Of a stretch of 64,000 nt of DNA, positions 8,393 through 18,165 are shown in pieces; position 1 is the first letter of the stretch; every line of letters begins with the position of its first letter. Origin of the DNA: an uncultured Solirubrobacterales bacterium (lineage in GTDB: Bacteria; Actinomycetota; Thermoleophilia; Solirubrobacterales; Solirubrobacteraceae); contig CAVXUO010000004.1 of the NCBI GenBank assembly GCA_963764915.1, positions 379,664 through 443,663 of the forward strand. Direction: 5' to 3'. Below the pieces are notes generated by a model. That model saw only the letters and a list, made by a program, of their open reading frames with translations. It did no database searches and was not told the DNA's origin. A program made the position numbers and the translations under genes.

Positions 8393-9510
8393 ACCGCGGC
8401 CTGGCGCCCGGCGAGCGGCACCGTGAGGCGCACCGTGGTGCCTTCGCCGGCGTCGCCGCAGCCGCCCATCCCCAGTTCCAGCTCGCCCCCGACCAGCTCG
8501 GCGCGCTCGCGCATCCCGGACATGCCGAAGCCGCCCTCCAGGCCATCGCCGCGCGGACCGAGGCCGGCGCCGCCGGCGGGCAGGCCGCGGCCGTCGTCGG
8601 CGACCGCCACACGGACCGTGGAGCCGTCGCCGTTGAGCGCCACGGAGACGACCGTCCGTGTGGCTTGCGCGTGGCGGGAGACGTTGGTGAGGGCCTCCTG
8701 CACGACGCGGTAGATCGTGCTCTCGAGCTCCGCGTCGAGCCGCTCGCCGTCGGGGACAAGCGCGATCTCCGTGCGTACCTCCAGGCCGTCGATCGCGTGC
8801 GCGCGGCGAGCGAGCGCTTCGAGCGCGGGCACCAGGCCGAGGTCGTCCAGCGCCGCGGGGCGCAGCTCGGTGATCAGGTGGCGCAGCCCGTCGATCTCCA
8901 CGCCGAGCCCCTCGAGCACCCCGTCGACGGCCTCGGAGAGCGCCGCCTCGTCATGGCGGTCGCGTGCGTCGGCGAGTTTCAGGCGCAGCGCGCCGAGACC
9001 CTGCACGGTCTCGTCGTGGATCTCGCGTGCCCAGCGGGTGCGCTCGCGCTCGCGGGCTTCCATGCCGAAGCGCAGGCGCTCGATCTCGACCGAGCGCTCG
9101 GCCGCCAGACGCTGTGCGACGCTCGCCGCGAACGCGGCCAGCGCCTGGCGGTCGGGACCGCGGAAGCCGCCGCCGGCGCGCAGCGCGATCACGAGGCCGC
9201 CGCCGTGGCCCTCCATGAGCAGCGGCTCGACCAGCGCGGCGCGTGCCTCGAGGCCGAGTTCGTGCAACCACGCCGCCTCCTGTCCGCGTGGGCGGTCGAG
9301 CGCCACCGGCTTCCCGGCCAGATAGAGAGCGCCCAAGGCGGAGCCCTCCACCGGCATCACCCGCAGCCGCGGCGTGCCGGCGCCGGAGGCGGCGGCGACG
9401 CGCAGCTCGGCGCGCTCCTCGATCACCATCAGCAGCGTGGTGGCGTCGAGCAGCGCGAGGCCGCGGTCGGCCATCAGGCGCAGAAGCCACAACTCGGAGC
9501 CGGAGAGCAT
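8389..9510 (-). CDS. GAF-HisKA_3-HATPase sensor histidine kinase (possibly N-terminally shortened)
   Basis: 'ERTRWAREIHD', 'LRPAALDDLGL', 'YRVVQEALTNVSRHA', 'DDGRG', 'GFGMSGMRERA'. Confidence 0.9.
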   Translation of the reverse strand: MLSGSELWLLRLMADRGLALLDATTLLMVIEERAELRVAAASGAGTPRLRVMPVEGSALGALYLAGKPVALDRPRGQEAAWLHELGLEARAALVEPLLMEGHGGGLVIALRAGGGFRGPDRQALAAFAASVAQRLAAERSVEIERLRFGMEARERERTRWAREIHDETVQGLGALRLKLADARDRHDEAALSEAVDGVLEGLGVEIDGLRHLITELRPAALDDLGLVPALEALARRAHAIDGLEVRTEIALVPDGERLDAELESTIYRVVQEALTNVSRHAQATRTVVSVALNGDGSTVRVAVADDGRGLPAGGAGLGPRGDGLEGGFGMSGMRERAELVGGELELGMGGCGDAGEGTTVRLTVPLAGRQAAV

Positions 9511-9527
9511 CCGGGAAACCTATCCGC

Positions 9528-10268
9528 TCAGAACGTGTTTTGAAATAGACGGTGCGACCGGGGCGTTCCTGGACCAAGCTGGGCGACACAGGACGGCGAA
9601 GCGCATGCTGGTGGCATGTGCGAGCCGTCATGTGGCGATCCAGCGCAGTGTCCAGGGACGTATCCGGGTGTGCCGGTCTTTTCAAAACACGTTCTAGGGG
9701 GTCGCATCCGCCACACGCCCGGGGCGCATCCGCCCCGGTGGAGCTCGGCCCTACCCCCGGCGATGTGAGCGCGGCCGTTCTCGGAGCGCTCGAGCTGAGC
9801 CGCCGTGCGCGCGTCCCCGAGCAGCGCCCCCGCGCTCATCCCGGCGCGCCACGGCGCGACCCCGACCGCGACCGTCAGCGAGCGGCGCCGGCCGGAGGAT
9901 TCCAGCTTGATCGAGCGCAAACGCGCGAGGATCCGCCGCGCGACGAGCTCCCCGCGCGGCAGGTCGGCGCCGGGGAGCACCACGAGCAACTCGCCCTCGG
10001 AGGCGCGCCCGACCCGGTCGAAGCGGCGCAGCTCGCGGCGCAGCGCGAGCTCCACGTACGCAAGCACCCGCTCGACCAACAGCTCGCCGTGAGCGTGGCG
10101 CAGCGCGGGCAGACCCGCGATGTCGAGCAGCAGGCAGCTGAGCGCGGTGCCGTGGCGGGCCGCCCGGTTGACCTCCTCCTCCAGGCGCTCACGCAGCGCA
10201 CCCTCCGTGAGGAACTCGATCGAGCCCCGCGGGGGGCGCTGGGTGTCATCGAGCTCGCGGGCGACCAT
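9528..10268 (-). CDS. Degenerate GGDEF domain protein
   Basis: 'LEEEVNRAARHG..LSCLLLDI', 'LRRFDRVGRASEGELLVVLP', 'LTVAVGVA'; GGDEF replaced by SEGEL; C-terminal tail runs through the inverted-repeat element. Confidence 0.8.
   Translation of the reverse strand: MVARELDDTQRPPRGSIEFLTEGALRERLEEEVNRAARHGTALSCLLLDIAGLPALRHAHGELLVERVLAYVELALRRELRRFDRVGRASEGELLVVLPGADLPRGELVARRILARLRSIKLESSGRRRSLTVAVGVAPWRAGMSAGALLGDARTAAQLERSENGRAHIAGGRAELHRGGCAPGVWRMRPPRTCFEKTGTPGYVPGHCAGSPHDGSHMPPACASPSCVAQLGPGTPRSHRLFQNTF
9530..9695. repeat. 166-bp element bounded by perfect 16-bp AT-rich inverted repeats (MITE-like or operator pair)
   Basis: AGAACGTGTTTTGAAA (9530-9545) and TTTCAAAACACGTTCT (9680-9695). Confidence 0.6.
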
Positions 10269-10505
10269 GCCATATATGCGTGGGAGAAAGAGCAAGCACG
10301 TCTTACCGAACCAACGCAAGTCTATGGGCCGGCCTCACGCGGGGCGCCGGCCGCCGGCCCGCGCCGGAGGGGGAAGGGGGGTGGTCATTTGAGATCATCC
10401 GCGCGGCGCGGTGTGGCCGCCAGGGCGGTGTGCGTGGGGCATCCTTGCCCCACGACCGCGCCCCGCGCGGGCGATCCGTCGGTGCCTGCTGATACACCTG
10501 CACGC

Positions 10506-12236
10506 GTGCTGCAAGAGTTGCGTGTCGAGAATCTGCTGCTGATCGAGCAGGCTGAGCTGGAGCTGGCGCCGGGGTTGAACGTGCTCACGGGCGAGACCGG
10601 CGCTGGCAAGACGGTGCTCGCGCACGCGCTCGATCTGCTGCTCGGGGGGCGTGCGCGGACTGGCATCGTGCGGCCCGGCGCCGGCGAGGCGTATGTGGAG
10701 GGCGCGTTCGTGCCATCCCCGGCGCTGCTGGCGCGGCTGCGCGAGGGCGAGCACGGGGAGCTGCTGGCGCCCGACGCCGAGGAGCTCGTGCTGGCGCGGC
10801 GCGTGGGGGCCGATGGCCGCACCCGCGCTTACCTGAACGGCCGCACCGTCGCGCTCGCCGACCTGCGTCGGATCGGGGAGGCGCTGCTGTCCTTCTACGG
10901 CCAGCACGAGCACCGCAAGCTCACGCTCGCCACCGCGCAGCTGGAGATCCTCGACGGCTTCACCGGACCCGCGCAGGCCGTGCGCCGCGCCGCCTGCGCG
11001 GCCGCCCATCGCGAGGTGCGCGAGCTGAGCGAGCAGCTGGAGGACCTGCGTGAGCTGGACGGCGTCCGCGAGCGCGAGCTCGACCTGCTCGAGCACGAGC
11101 TGGCCGAGATCGACGCGGTTGCTCCGCAGGAGGGCGAGCTCCAGCGGCTGCGCGCCGAGCGCGAGCGGCTGCGGCGCCTCGATGCGCTGCTCGCGGCGGC
11201 CGCCGCCGCGGCCGAGGCGCTCGCCGGTGGGCCGAGCTACGACGGCGGCTCCGATGTACCCGGGGCGATGGCGCTGGCGGCCGGGGCGGCCGCGCGCCTC
11301 GATCCGCTCGCGGGCGTCGATCCCGCGCTCGATGCGCTCGCCGAGCGCGCCAGTGCGCTGGCGATCGAGACGGGGGATCTCGCCGGCGAGCTGCGTGACT
11401 ACGGCGAGCGGCTGGCGGGTGAGGCGGTGGGCGCCGAGGACACAGCGGACGAGCGCCATGCGGAAGCGGGACTGCAGGCGGTGGAAGAGCGTTTGGCGGC
11501 GTTGGAGCGCTTGCTGCGCAAGCACGGCCCCACCGTGGCTGCCGTGCTGGAGCACGCCGAGCACGCACGCGCGCGACGCGAGCGGCTGGCGGGAGCGGCG
11601 GCGGCGATCGAGGAGGTCGGAGGGTGCCTGCAGGCCGCGCGGGCCACGCTGGAGGAGCGCGTGATGGAGCTGCGCGCCGCGCGCGAGGCCGCCGCGGCGC
11701 GCCTGGCGGAGGCGGTGCGAGCGCAGCTCGCCGCGCTGGCGATGCCCGACGCGACCTTCGCGGTGCAGCTGTCCCCGCGCGAGCCCGGACCAACCGGTGG
11801 CGACACGGTCGAGTTGACGATCGCCCCCAACCCCGGCGTCCCCGCTGCGCCGCTGCGGGAGATCGCCTCCGGGGGTGAGCTCTCGCGCGTGATGCTGGCG
11901 TTGATGACCGTCGCCAACAGCGGCTCGGAGGCGACGCTCGTGTTCGACGAGGTGGACGCCGGCATCGGCGGGCACACCGCGCGGGCGGTGGGGGAGCGGC
12001 TGCGTGAGCTGGCGGGCGCACGCCAGGTGCTGTGCATCACCCACCTGCCTCAAATCGCCTCGCTCGCCGCGCGCCACTTCACCGTCGTCAAGGACGCGGC
12101 CGCGGGCTCCACCCGCACGCGAGTGGAGCGACTGGGCGAGCCCGAGGTGCTCAGCGAGCTGGTGCGGATGCTGGGCGCCCCCGAGCGCGACGCCTCGGCG
12201 CGCCGCCACGCGCGCGAGCTGCGCAAGGCGGCTTGA
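10506..12236 (+). CDS. recN: DNA repair protein RecN
   Basis: 'LNVLTGETGAGKT' Walker A, 'FYGQHEH', 'IASGGELSRVMLAL', 'LVFDEVDAGIGG', 'CITHLPQIA'. Confidence 0.95.
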   Translation: MLQELRVENLLLIEQAELELAPGLNVLTGETGAGKTVLAHALDLLLGGRARTGIVRPGAGEAYVEGAFVPSPALLARLREGEHGELLAPDAEELVLARRVGADGRTRAYLNGRTVALADLRRIGEALLSFYGQHEHRKLTLATAQLEILDGFTGPAQAVRRAACAAAHREVRELSEQLEDLRELDGVRERELDLLEHELAEIDAVAPQEGELQRLRAERERLRRLDALLAAAAAAAEALAGGPSYDGGSDVPGAMALAAGAAARLDPLAGVDPALDALAERASALAIETGDLAGELRDYGERLAGEAVGAEDTADERHAEAGLQAVEERLAALERLLRKHGPTVAAVLEHAEHARARRERLAGAAAAIEEVGGCLQAARATLEERVMELRAAREAAAARLAEAVRAQLAALAMPDATFAVQLSPREPGPTGGDTVELTIAPNPGVPAAPLREIASGGELSRVMLALMTVANSGSEATLVFDEVDAGIGGHTARAVGERLRELAGARQVLCITHLPQIASLAARHFTVVKDAAAGSTRTRVERLGEPEVLSELVRMLGAPERDASARRHARELRKAA

Positions 12237-12237
12237 G

Positions 12238-13926
12238 GTGCCCGCCAGAGCGATATCGTCGGTGGCTGCTCTGACGCTGGGTGTGTTGGTGTTGTGTGCG
12301 TGCAGCTCGGCGGCGGCGGCCACGGAAGGGGCGATCGCCGAATTTACGATCCCCACCGCCGAAAGCGAGCTGGGTGGGGTGACCCCCGGCCCCGACGGCA
12401 ATCTGTGGTTCACCGAGTACAAAGGCGGCAAGGTCGGACGGATCACGACGAGCGGTGCGCTCAGCGAGTTCTCGATACCGACCGCCGAAAGCCGACCCGA
12501 AGGGATCGCGTCGGGTCCCGATGGCAACCTTTGGTTCGTCGAGCGCAAGGGCGACAAGGTGGGGCAGATCACGCCGGCTGGCGCGATCAGCGAGCTCGGC
12601 ATACCCACCGCGGCAAGCAGCCCGGAAGACATCGTGTTGGGTCCTGACGGCAACCTCTGGTTCACCGAGTACCAAGGCGACAAGATCGGGCGCATAACGC
12701 CGTCCTGGACGATCACCGAGTTTCCGATTCCCACCGCTGAAAGCGGCCCTCGCGCGATCGCGCCCGGCCCCGACGGGAACCTTTGGTTCACCGAGTACAA
12801 GAAGGACAAGATCGGGCGCATAACGCCGAGTGGCGCGATCACCGAGTTCTCGATACCGACGGCTGAAAGCGGCCCCTGGGCGATCGCGCCCGGCCCTGAC
12901 GGGGATGTGTGGTTCACCGAGTTCGGCGCCGACAAGATCGGGCAGATCACGCCGGGCGGCACGATCACCGAGTTCCCGATCCCCTCTCCCCAAAGCTTTC
13001 CGTCGAGCATCGCGCCCGGTCCCGACGGCAACCTCTGGTTCACGGAGCCCGGCGCCGACAAGATCGGACGGATTGCGCCGAATGGCACGATTGGCGAATT
13101 CCAGCTGCCAAGCGCTGAAAGCGGACCGAGCTGGATCGCGCCGGGCCCCGACGGGAGCATGTGGTTCACCGAGGAAAAGGCCAATAAGATCGGCGAGATC
13201 GGCACCGGCGCTCCCGCGGCGTCGGCGTCCCCGCCCACCGTGACCGGCAACGCACAGGCGGGCGCGGCCCAGACGTGTGAGGCGACGTGGACGACTTGGG
13301 CCGCGCTGCAGCCTTCCGCCAGCCTCTTCGGCTTCGACGGCTACACCTGGCAGCTGGACGGTGCCCAGGTGGCCACCGGCCAGGCGTACACGCCCTCCCC
13401 CGAAGCGATCGGGCATCTGCTCACCTGCGCCGAGACCGTCACGTACCCGCTGTTGAACGTGACAACGCCGGTGACGAGTGCCGCCGTGACGGTGGTGGCT
13501 CCGCCACCGCCGGCGATCTCCGCCGTGCGCCAGTCGGCCTCGAGCTGGCGCGAGGGAGGCAGGCTTGCACAGGTGAGCCGCGCCAGGAAGCGGCTGCCGC
13601 CGCTAGGCACCACGTTCTCGTTCGCGCTCAGCGAGGAAGCCTCGGTGAGCTTCAGCTTCACCCAGCGCCTGACGGGCCGCGAGGTCGGCCGCCGGTGCGT
13701 TGCCAAGAGCCGTGGCAATGCCAAGCGGGAACGGTGCAAACGCACTGCCGCGCCGGACACGCTTTCCTTCCACGGGCACGGTGGAACGAACAAGGTCGTT
13801 TTCCAGGGCCGCGTGTCGCGCTCGAAGAAGCTCACGCCGGGGCGCTACACGCTCACAATCGTTGCGACCAACTCCGAACAAGCGCACTCCAAGCCGGCGT
13901 CGCTGAGCTTCACGATCGTCGGCTGA
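12238..13926 (+). CDS. Secreted Vgb (virginiamycin B lyase)-like beta-propeller protein with C-terminal Ig-like region
   Basis: Signal peptide; seven ~42-aa repeats 'EF.IPTAES.P..IAPGPDGNLWFTE....KIGRITP.G'. Confidence 0.85.
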   Translation: MPARAISSVAALTLGVLVLCACSSAAAATEGAIAEFTIPTAESELGGVTPGPDGNLWFTEYKGGKVGRITTSGALSEFSIPTAESRPEGIASGPDGNLWFVERKGDKVGQITPAGAISELGIPTAASSPEDIVLGPDGNLWFTEYQGDKIGRITPSWTITEFPIPTAESGPRAIAPGPDGNLWFTEYKKDKIGRITPSGAITEFSIPTAESGPWAIAPGPDGDVWFTEFGADKIGQITPGGTITEFPIPSPQSFPSSIAPGPDGNLWFTEPGADKIGRIAPNGTIGEFQLPSAESGPSWIAPGPDGSMWFTEEKANKIGEIGTGAPAASASPPTVTGNAQAGAAQTCEATWTTWAALQPSASLFGFDGYTWQLDGAQVATGQAYTPSPEAIGHLLTCAETVTYPLLNVTTPVTSAAVTVVAPPPPAISAVRQSASSWREGGRLAQVSRARKRLPPLGTTFSFALSEEASVSFSFTQRLTGREVGRRCVAKSRGNAKRERCKRTAAPDTLSFHGHGGTNKVVFQGRVSRSKKLTPGRYTLTIVATNSEQAHSKPASLSFTIVG

Positions 13927-13977
13927 GTCGGCGTCAGGAGTTCCGGGGGGCCGGGGGCTAGACTCTTCAGGTAGTAC

Positions 13978-15813
13978 ATGAGCCGCCACGCGCCCGACCG
14001 CCACGCCGACCCGCCGGCCAAGACCCGGTTCATCTTCATCACCGGTGGCGTCGTCTCCTCGCTCGGGAAGGGCATCGCCGCGGCGTCGATCGGACGGCTG
14101 CTGGTTGCGCGGGGACTGACCGTCGGGCTGCAGAAGTTCGACCCCTACATCAACGTCGACCCGGGCACGATGTCCCCCTACCAGCACGGGGAGGTGTTCG
14201 TCACCGAGGATGGCGCCGAGACCGATCTCGACCTCGGTCACTACGAGCGCTTCACCGACGCCAACACCTCGCGCGCCTCCAACGTCACAGCGGGCGGGAT
14301 CTACGACACCGTGATTCGTCGCGAGCGCCGCGGCGACTACCTCGGGGGCACCGTCCAGGTCGTGCCGCACATCACCGACGAGATCAAGCAGCGCATCGCG
14401 CTGATCGCGCAATCCAGCGACGTTGACTTCGTGATCACCGAGGTCGGCGGCACCGTCGGGGACATCGAGTCGCTGCCGTTCCTGGAGGCGATCCGCCAGT
14501 TCCCCGTTGACGTGGGGCGCCGGCGCTGCATGTTCATCCACCTCACGCTCGTCCCCTACATCGGCCACGCCGGCGAGCTGAAGACCAAGCCCACCCAGCA
14601 CTCCGTCAACGAGCTGCGGCGTATCGGGATCGCCCCCGACATGCTGATGTGCCGCTCGGAGGGCTCGCTCTCGCAGGAGATCCGCAAGAAGATCGCCTTG
14701 TTTGCCAGCCTGCCGCCCGAAGCGATCGTCTCGGCATGCGACGTGGACAACATCTACAAGGTGCCGCTCACCTTCCGCGAACAGGGCGTGGACGACTGCA
14801 TCCTCGAGCACTTCGGCGTGCAGGCTCCGGAGCCCGACCTCGCCAGTTGGATTGAGCCGATCGAACGGGCCGAGCGTGCTGCCGGCGTGGGGGCGGGGGA
14901 GCGGACTGGCGAGAGTGCGGAGCGGGCCGGCGGGGGAGCCGACGAGGCGGCCGGTGGGCGCGCGATCGACGCCGTGCGGATCGCAATCGTCGGCAAGTAC
15001 GTGAAGTTGGAGGACGCCTACCTGTCGGTCTCCGAGGCGCTGCGCCACGCCGCCGCGCTGCAGGACGCCCGCGTGCGAATCGAGTGGGTGGACTCCGAAC
15101 TGCTCGAGGGCGGCGGCGCGGGGGGGAGGCACGACCGCGAGGATCGCGAGCGCGCCCGCGAGTCATTGAGCGCGGTTGACGGCATCCTGATCCCGGGCGG
15201 CTTCGGCGGGCGCGGGATCGAGGGCAAGATCGTCGCTGCCCAGATCGCGCGCGAGCGGCGCATCCCCTACCTGGGGATCTGTCTCGGGATGCAGGTCGCC
15301 GTCGCCGAGTTTGCGCGTCACGTGGCCGGCATGGAGGGCGCCAACTCGACCGAGTTCGACCTCGAGACCCCGTTCCCCGTGATCGACCTGCTGCCCGAGC
15401 AGAAGGAGATCGCCGACCTCGGCGGCACGATGCGCCTCGGAGCCGACCCGATCAAGTTGCACGAGGGCTCCCGCGCGCGGGCGATCTACGGCGAGGCGGT
15501 CGTGTATGAGCGCCACCGCCACCGTTACGAGGTCAACAACCTGTTGCGCCGCCAGCTGCAGAACGCCGGCCTCGGCATCTGCGGCACCTCGCCCGATGAG
15601 CGGCTCGTGGAGACGATCGAGCTACCCGAGCATCCCTTCTTCGTCGCCTCGCAGTTTCATCCCGAGTTCAAGTCTCGCCCCGAGCGCCCTGCGCCGCTGT
15701 TCCGCGAGTTTGTCGCCGCCGCGCGCCGGCACGCGGGCGCGGGCGATGGGTCGGTCGGCGGTGAGCCCGCCGACGAGCCCGACCGATCGCGGATGGTCGC
15801 TGAGAACCGGTGA
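13978..15813 (+). CDS. pyrG: CTP synthase
   Basis: '[13 protein letters not shown]', 'KTKPTQHSV', 'PGGFGGRG', 'GICLGMQ', '[10 protein letters not shown]', 'QFHPEF'. Confidence 0.97.
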   Translation: MSRHAPDRHADPPAKTRFIFITGGVVSSLGKGIAAASIGRLLVARGLTVGLQKFDPYINVDPGTMSPYQHGEVFVTEDGAETDLDLGHYERFTDANTSRASNVTAGGIYDTVIRRERRGDYLGGTVQVVPHITDEIKQRIALIAQSSDVDFVITEVGGTVGDIESLPFLEAIRQFPVDVGRRRCMFIHLTLVPYIGHAGELKTKPTQHSVNELRRIGIAPDMLMCRSEGSLSQEIRKKIALFASLPPEAIVSACDVDNIYKVPLTFREQGVDDCILEHFGVQAPEPDLASWIEPIERAERAAGVGAGERTGESAERAGGGADEAAGGRAIDAVRIAIVGKYVKLEDAYLSVSEALRHAAALQDARVRIEWVDSELLEGGGAGGRHDREDRERARESLSAVDGILIPGGFGGRGIEGKIVAAQIARERRIPYLGICLGMQVAVAEFARHVAGMEGANSTEFDLETPFPVIDLLPEQKEIADLGGTMRLGADPIKLHEGSRARAIYGEAVVYERHRHRYEVNNLLRRQLQNAGLGICGTSPDERLVETIELPEHPFFVASQFHPEFKSRPERPAPLFREFVAAARRHAGAGDGSVGGEPADEPDRSRMVAENR

Positions 15814-17105
15814 ACGCTCCGCCTCGCGCTGACGAGCTGGAGCGCCGTTACCTGCACGACATCTTCGCCGAGCTCTGCCGTGCCGAGAGTCCATCCGGCC
15901 ACGAGCGCGCTTGCGCGCGGCTGATCGAACGGGAGCTGGGGGCGCTGGGGATCGAGGTGTGTGAGGACGACGCCGCGGCGGTGGCGGGCTCGGACTGCGG
16001 CAACCTGCTCGCGCGGATCGGCGCCTCATCTTCCCTGGGAGGCTCCACGGACGAGCGGCGGTGCATCTTGCTATGCGCGCACATGGATACCGTGCCGCTG
16101 CTCGCCCCCGTGGAGCCGGTGCTGCGCGATGGGTTCTGGGAAAACACCAACGAGGGGATCCTGGGCGCCGACAACAAGGCCGCCATCGCCGTGCTGCTGG
16201 TGCTTGCCCGCCGCCTGCATCGCGATCGCGCCGGCGTTCACGGACCCGGAGTCCCAGGACCCGGAGCCGATCCTTTCGCAGGTCACCCACCCGGCGTCCA
16301 CGGATCTGGAGGCCACCCACCCGGAGTTCATCCCCCCGCGGTCGCCGGTGCGTCGGTGGACATCGAGCTGCTGTTCACCGTCGGCGAGGAGCGCATGCTC
16401 GCCGGCGCCCGCGCGTTCGACCGCGCGTGCCTGCACAGCAGCTTCGGCTACGTCTTCGACCATGCCTCCCCAATCGGCGAGCTGGTGCTCTCGGCGCCCA
16501 CCCACCACCGCCTGCAGGCGACCTTCCGCGGCACTGCCGCCCACGCCGGTGTGCGACCCGAGGAGGGCCGTAGCGCGATCCTCGCTGCCGCGCGCGCGGT
16601 CGCGGACATGCGTCTCGGCAGGATCGACGCGCACACGACCGCCAACGTCGGCACGATCGCCGGCGGCTCGGCGATCAACGTCGTCCCCGAGCGCTGCTCG
16701 ATCCTCGCCGAGGTCCGCGCCCAGCGCGAGGAGCGCGGCGAGGAGATCCTTGCGGAGCTGCTGGACTGCGTGCACGAGGCCGCCAACCTCCCAGAGTGCG
16801 AATGTGATGTGGACGTCACCGTGCAGCGGATGTTCACCGGCTACCGCACCCCATCTTCCGCGCCGGCGGTGCGTGCCGCCGAACATGCGCTGCGCGCCTG
16901 CGGGCATGAGCCGGTGCGGATCGCAAGCGGTGGTGCCTCCGACGCCAACGCGCTGATCGCCGCCGGCCTGCCCGTCGTCAACCTCGCCAACGGCACCGAG
17001 CGCAACCACGAGCCCGGCGAGCGGGTCAGCGCCGCGGCGTTGGAGGCGACGCTGGAGATCGCGCTGGCGCTTCCCGCGGCAGTTGCAGCTATTACGCAGG
17101 AGTAG
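15810..17105 (+). CDS. M20/M25/M40 family metallopeptidase (peptidase T-like)
   Basis: 'CAHMDTV', 'LGADNKAAI', 'FTVGEE', '[10 protein letters not shown]', 'SGGASDAN', 'HEPGE'. Confidence 0.9.
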   Translation: MNAPPRADELERRYLHDIFAELCRAESPSGHERACARLIERELGALGIEVCEDDAAAVAGSDCGNLLARIGASSSLGGSTDERRCILLCAHMDTVPLLAPVEPVLRDGFWENTNEGILGADNKAAIAVLLVLARRLHRDRAGVHGPGVPGPGADPFAGHPPGVHGSGGHPPGVHPPAVAGASVDIELLFTVGEERMLAGARAFDRACLHSSFGYVFDHASPIGELVLSAPTHHRLQATFRGTAAHAGVRPEEGRSAILAAARAVADMRLGRIDAHTTANVGTIAGGSAINVVPERCSILAEVRAQREERGEEILAELLDCVHEAANLPECECDVDVTVQRMFTGYRTPSSAPAVRAAEHALRACGHEPVRIASGGASDANALIAAGLPVVNLANGTERNHEPGERVSAAALEATLEIALALPAAVAAITQE

Positions 17106-17132
17106 CTCCACAGAGGGCGAAATGCCCAGACC

Positions 17133-18140
17133 GTGAGCATCACCACCGCCAGCGCGGGCGTCGAGAGCCTCGCGCTCGACTTTCTCGCCTATCTGGAGCT
17201 CGAGCGTGGGCTCTCGCGCAACACACTGGAGGCCTATCGCATCGATCTGCTGCAGTTCGGCGAGTTTCTACGCCGTCGTGATTTGAGCCCGCTCGCGGTT
17301 GGGCATCGCGACCTCGCGGCGTTTCTCTCCGAGCTCGCCGATGGCACCGAGGATCGCCCCGCGGTGGCGCCCGCCACGTTGCAGCGCAAGGCCGCCTGCC
17401 TGCGCTCCTTCTACCGGCATCTGCGCGGCGAGGGTCTGCTCGAGCACGATCCGACCGCCGAGCTGCGAGGACCGCCCCGCCTGCAGAAGCTGCCGCTGGT
17501 GCTGACGCGCGAGGAGGTCTCGCTGCTGTTGCGCCAGCCCGCGGGGATGGGGCCGCTCGCGCTGCGCGACCGTGCGCTGCTGGAGGTGATGTATGCGTGC
17601 GGGCTGCGCGCCTCGGAGACGATCGCGCTGGAGCTCGGCGACGTGGATCTCGACGAGGGGATGCTGCGCGCGCGCGGCAAGGGCTCCAAGGAGCGAATCG
17701 TCCCCGTCGGGAGTGCCGCCATCGCTGCGTTGCGCGTGTGGTGCGAGCGCGGGCGCCCTGTTGTGGCCGGGGCCGTTGCCCGATCCGCGACCCGCCCGCC
17801 ACCCGCGGGTGGCGGCTCCGAGGAGATGCGTCTCTCGGTGCAGGGTGCGTCGGGTGTGCATGCGCTCTTCCTCAACCACCGCGGCCGGCCGCTCACGCGC
17901 CAGGGCCTCTACAAGATCGTGCAGGCCCACGCCCGCACAGCCGGGCTCTCCGAGCGCATGAGCCCGCACACGCTGCGTCACACCTTCGCCACGCATCTGC
18001 TCGCGGGCGGTTGTGACCTGCGCGCGGTGCAGGACATGCTCGGCCACGCCGACCTGGCGACGACCCAGATCTACACCCATCTCTCCTCCGAGCGTCTGAA
18101 GGGCGTCTACTTCGACGCTCACCCGCGCGCGAAGGGGTGA
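17133..18140 (+). CDS. xerD: Site-specific tyrosine recombinase XerD
   Basis: 'LSRNTLEAYRIDL', 'YACGLRASE', 'GKGSKERIVP', 'SPHTLRHTFATHLL', 'LGHADLATTQIYTH'; position after pyrG. Confidence 0.9.
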   Translation: MSITTASAGVESLALDFLAYLELERGLSRNTLEAYRIDLLQFGEFLRRRDLSPLAVGHRDLAAFLSELADGTEDRPAVAPATLQRKAACLRSFYRHLRGEGLLEHDPTAELRGPPRLQKLPLVLTREEVSLLLRQPAGMGPLALRDRALLEVMYACGLRASETIALELGDVDLDEGMLRARGKGSKERIVPVGSAAIAALRVWCERGRPVVAGAVARSATRPPPAGGGSEEMRLSVQGASGVHALFLNHRGRPLTRQGLYKIVQAHARTAGLSERMSPHTLRHTFATHLLAGGCDLRAVQDMLGHADLATTQIYTHLSSERLKGVYFDAHPRAKG

Positions 18141-18165
18141 GCCGCGGCCCTATGCTGGGGCGACC

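Noticed and set aside
10395-13250. 951-aa minus-strand ORF
   Set aside because: Antisense shadow of recN and the Vgb-repeat gene; its repeats mirror the plus-strand blades
12238-13926. Streptogramin resistance gene vgb
   Set aside because: Signal peptide and extracellular tail argue against the cytoplasmic lyase; fold similarity only
17133-18140. XerD as a phage or island integrase
   Set aside because: Chromosomal XerD motifs and canonical position after pyrG; no att or cargo
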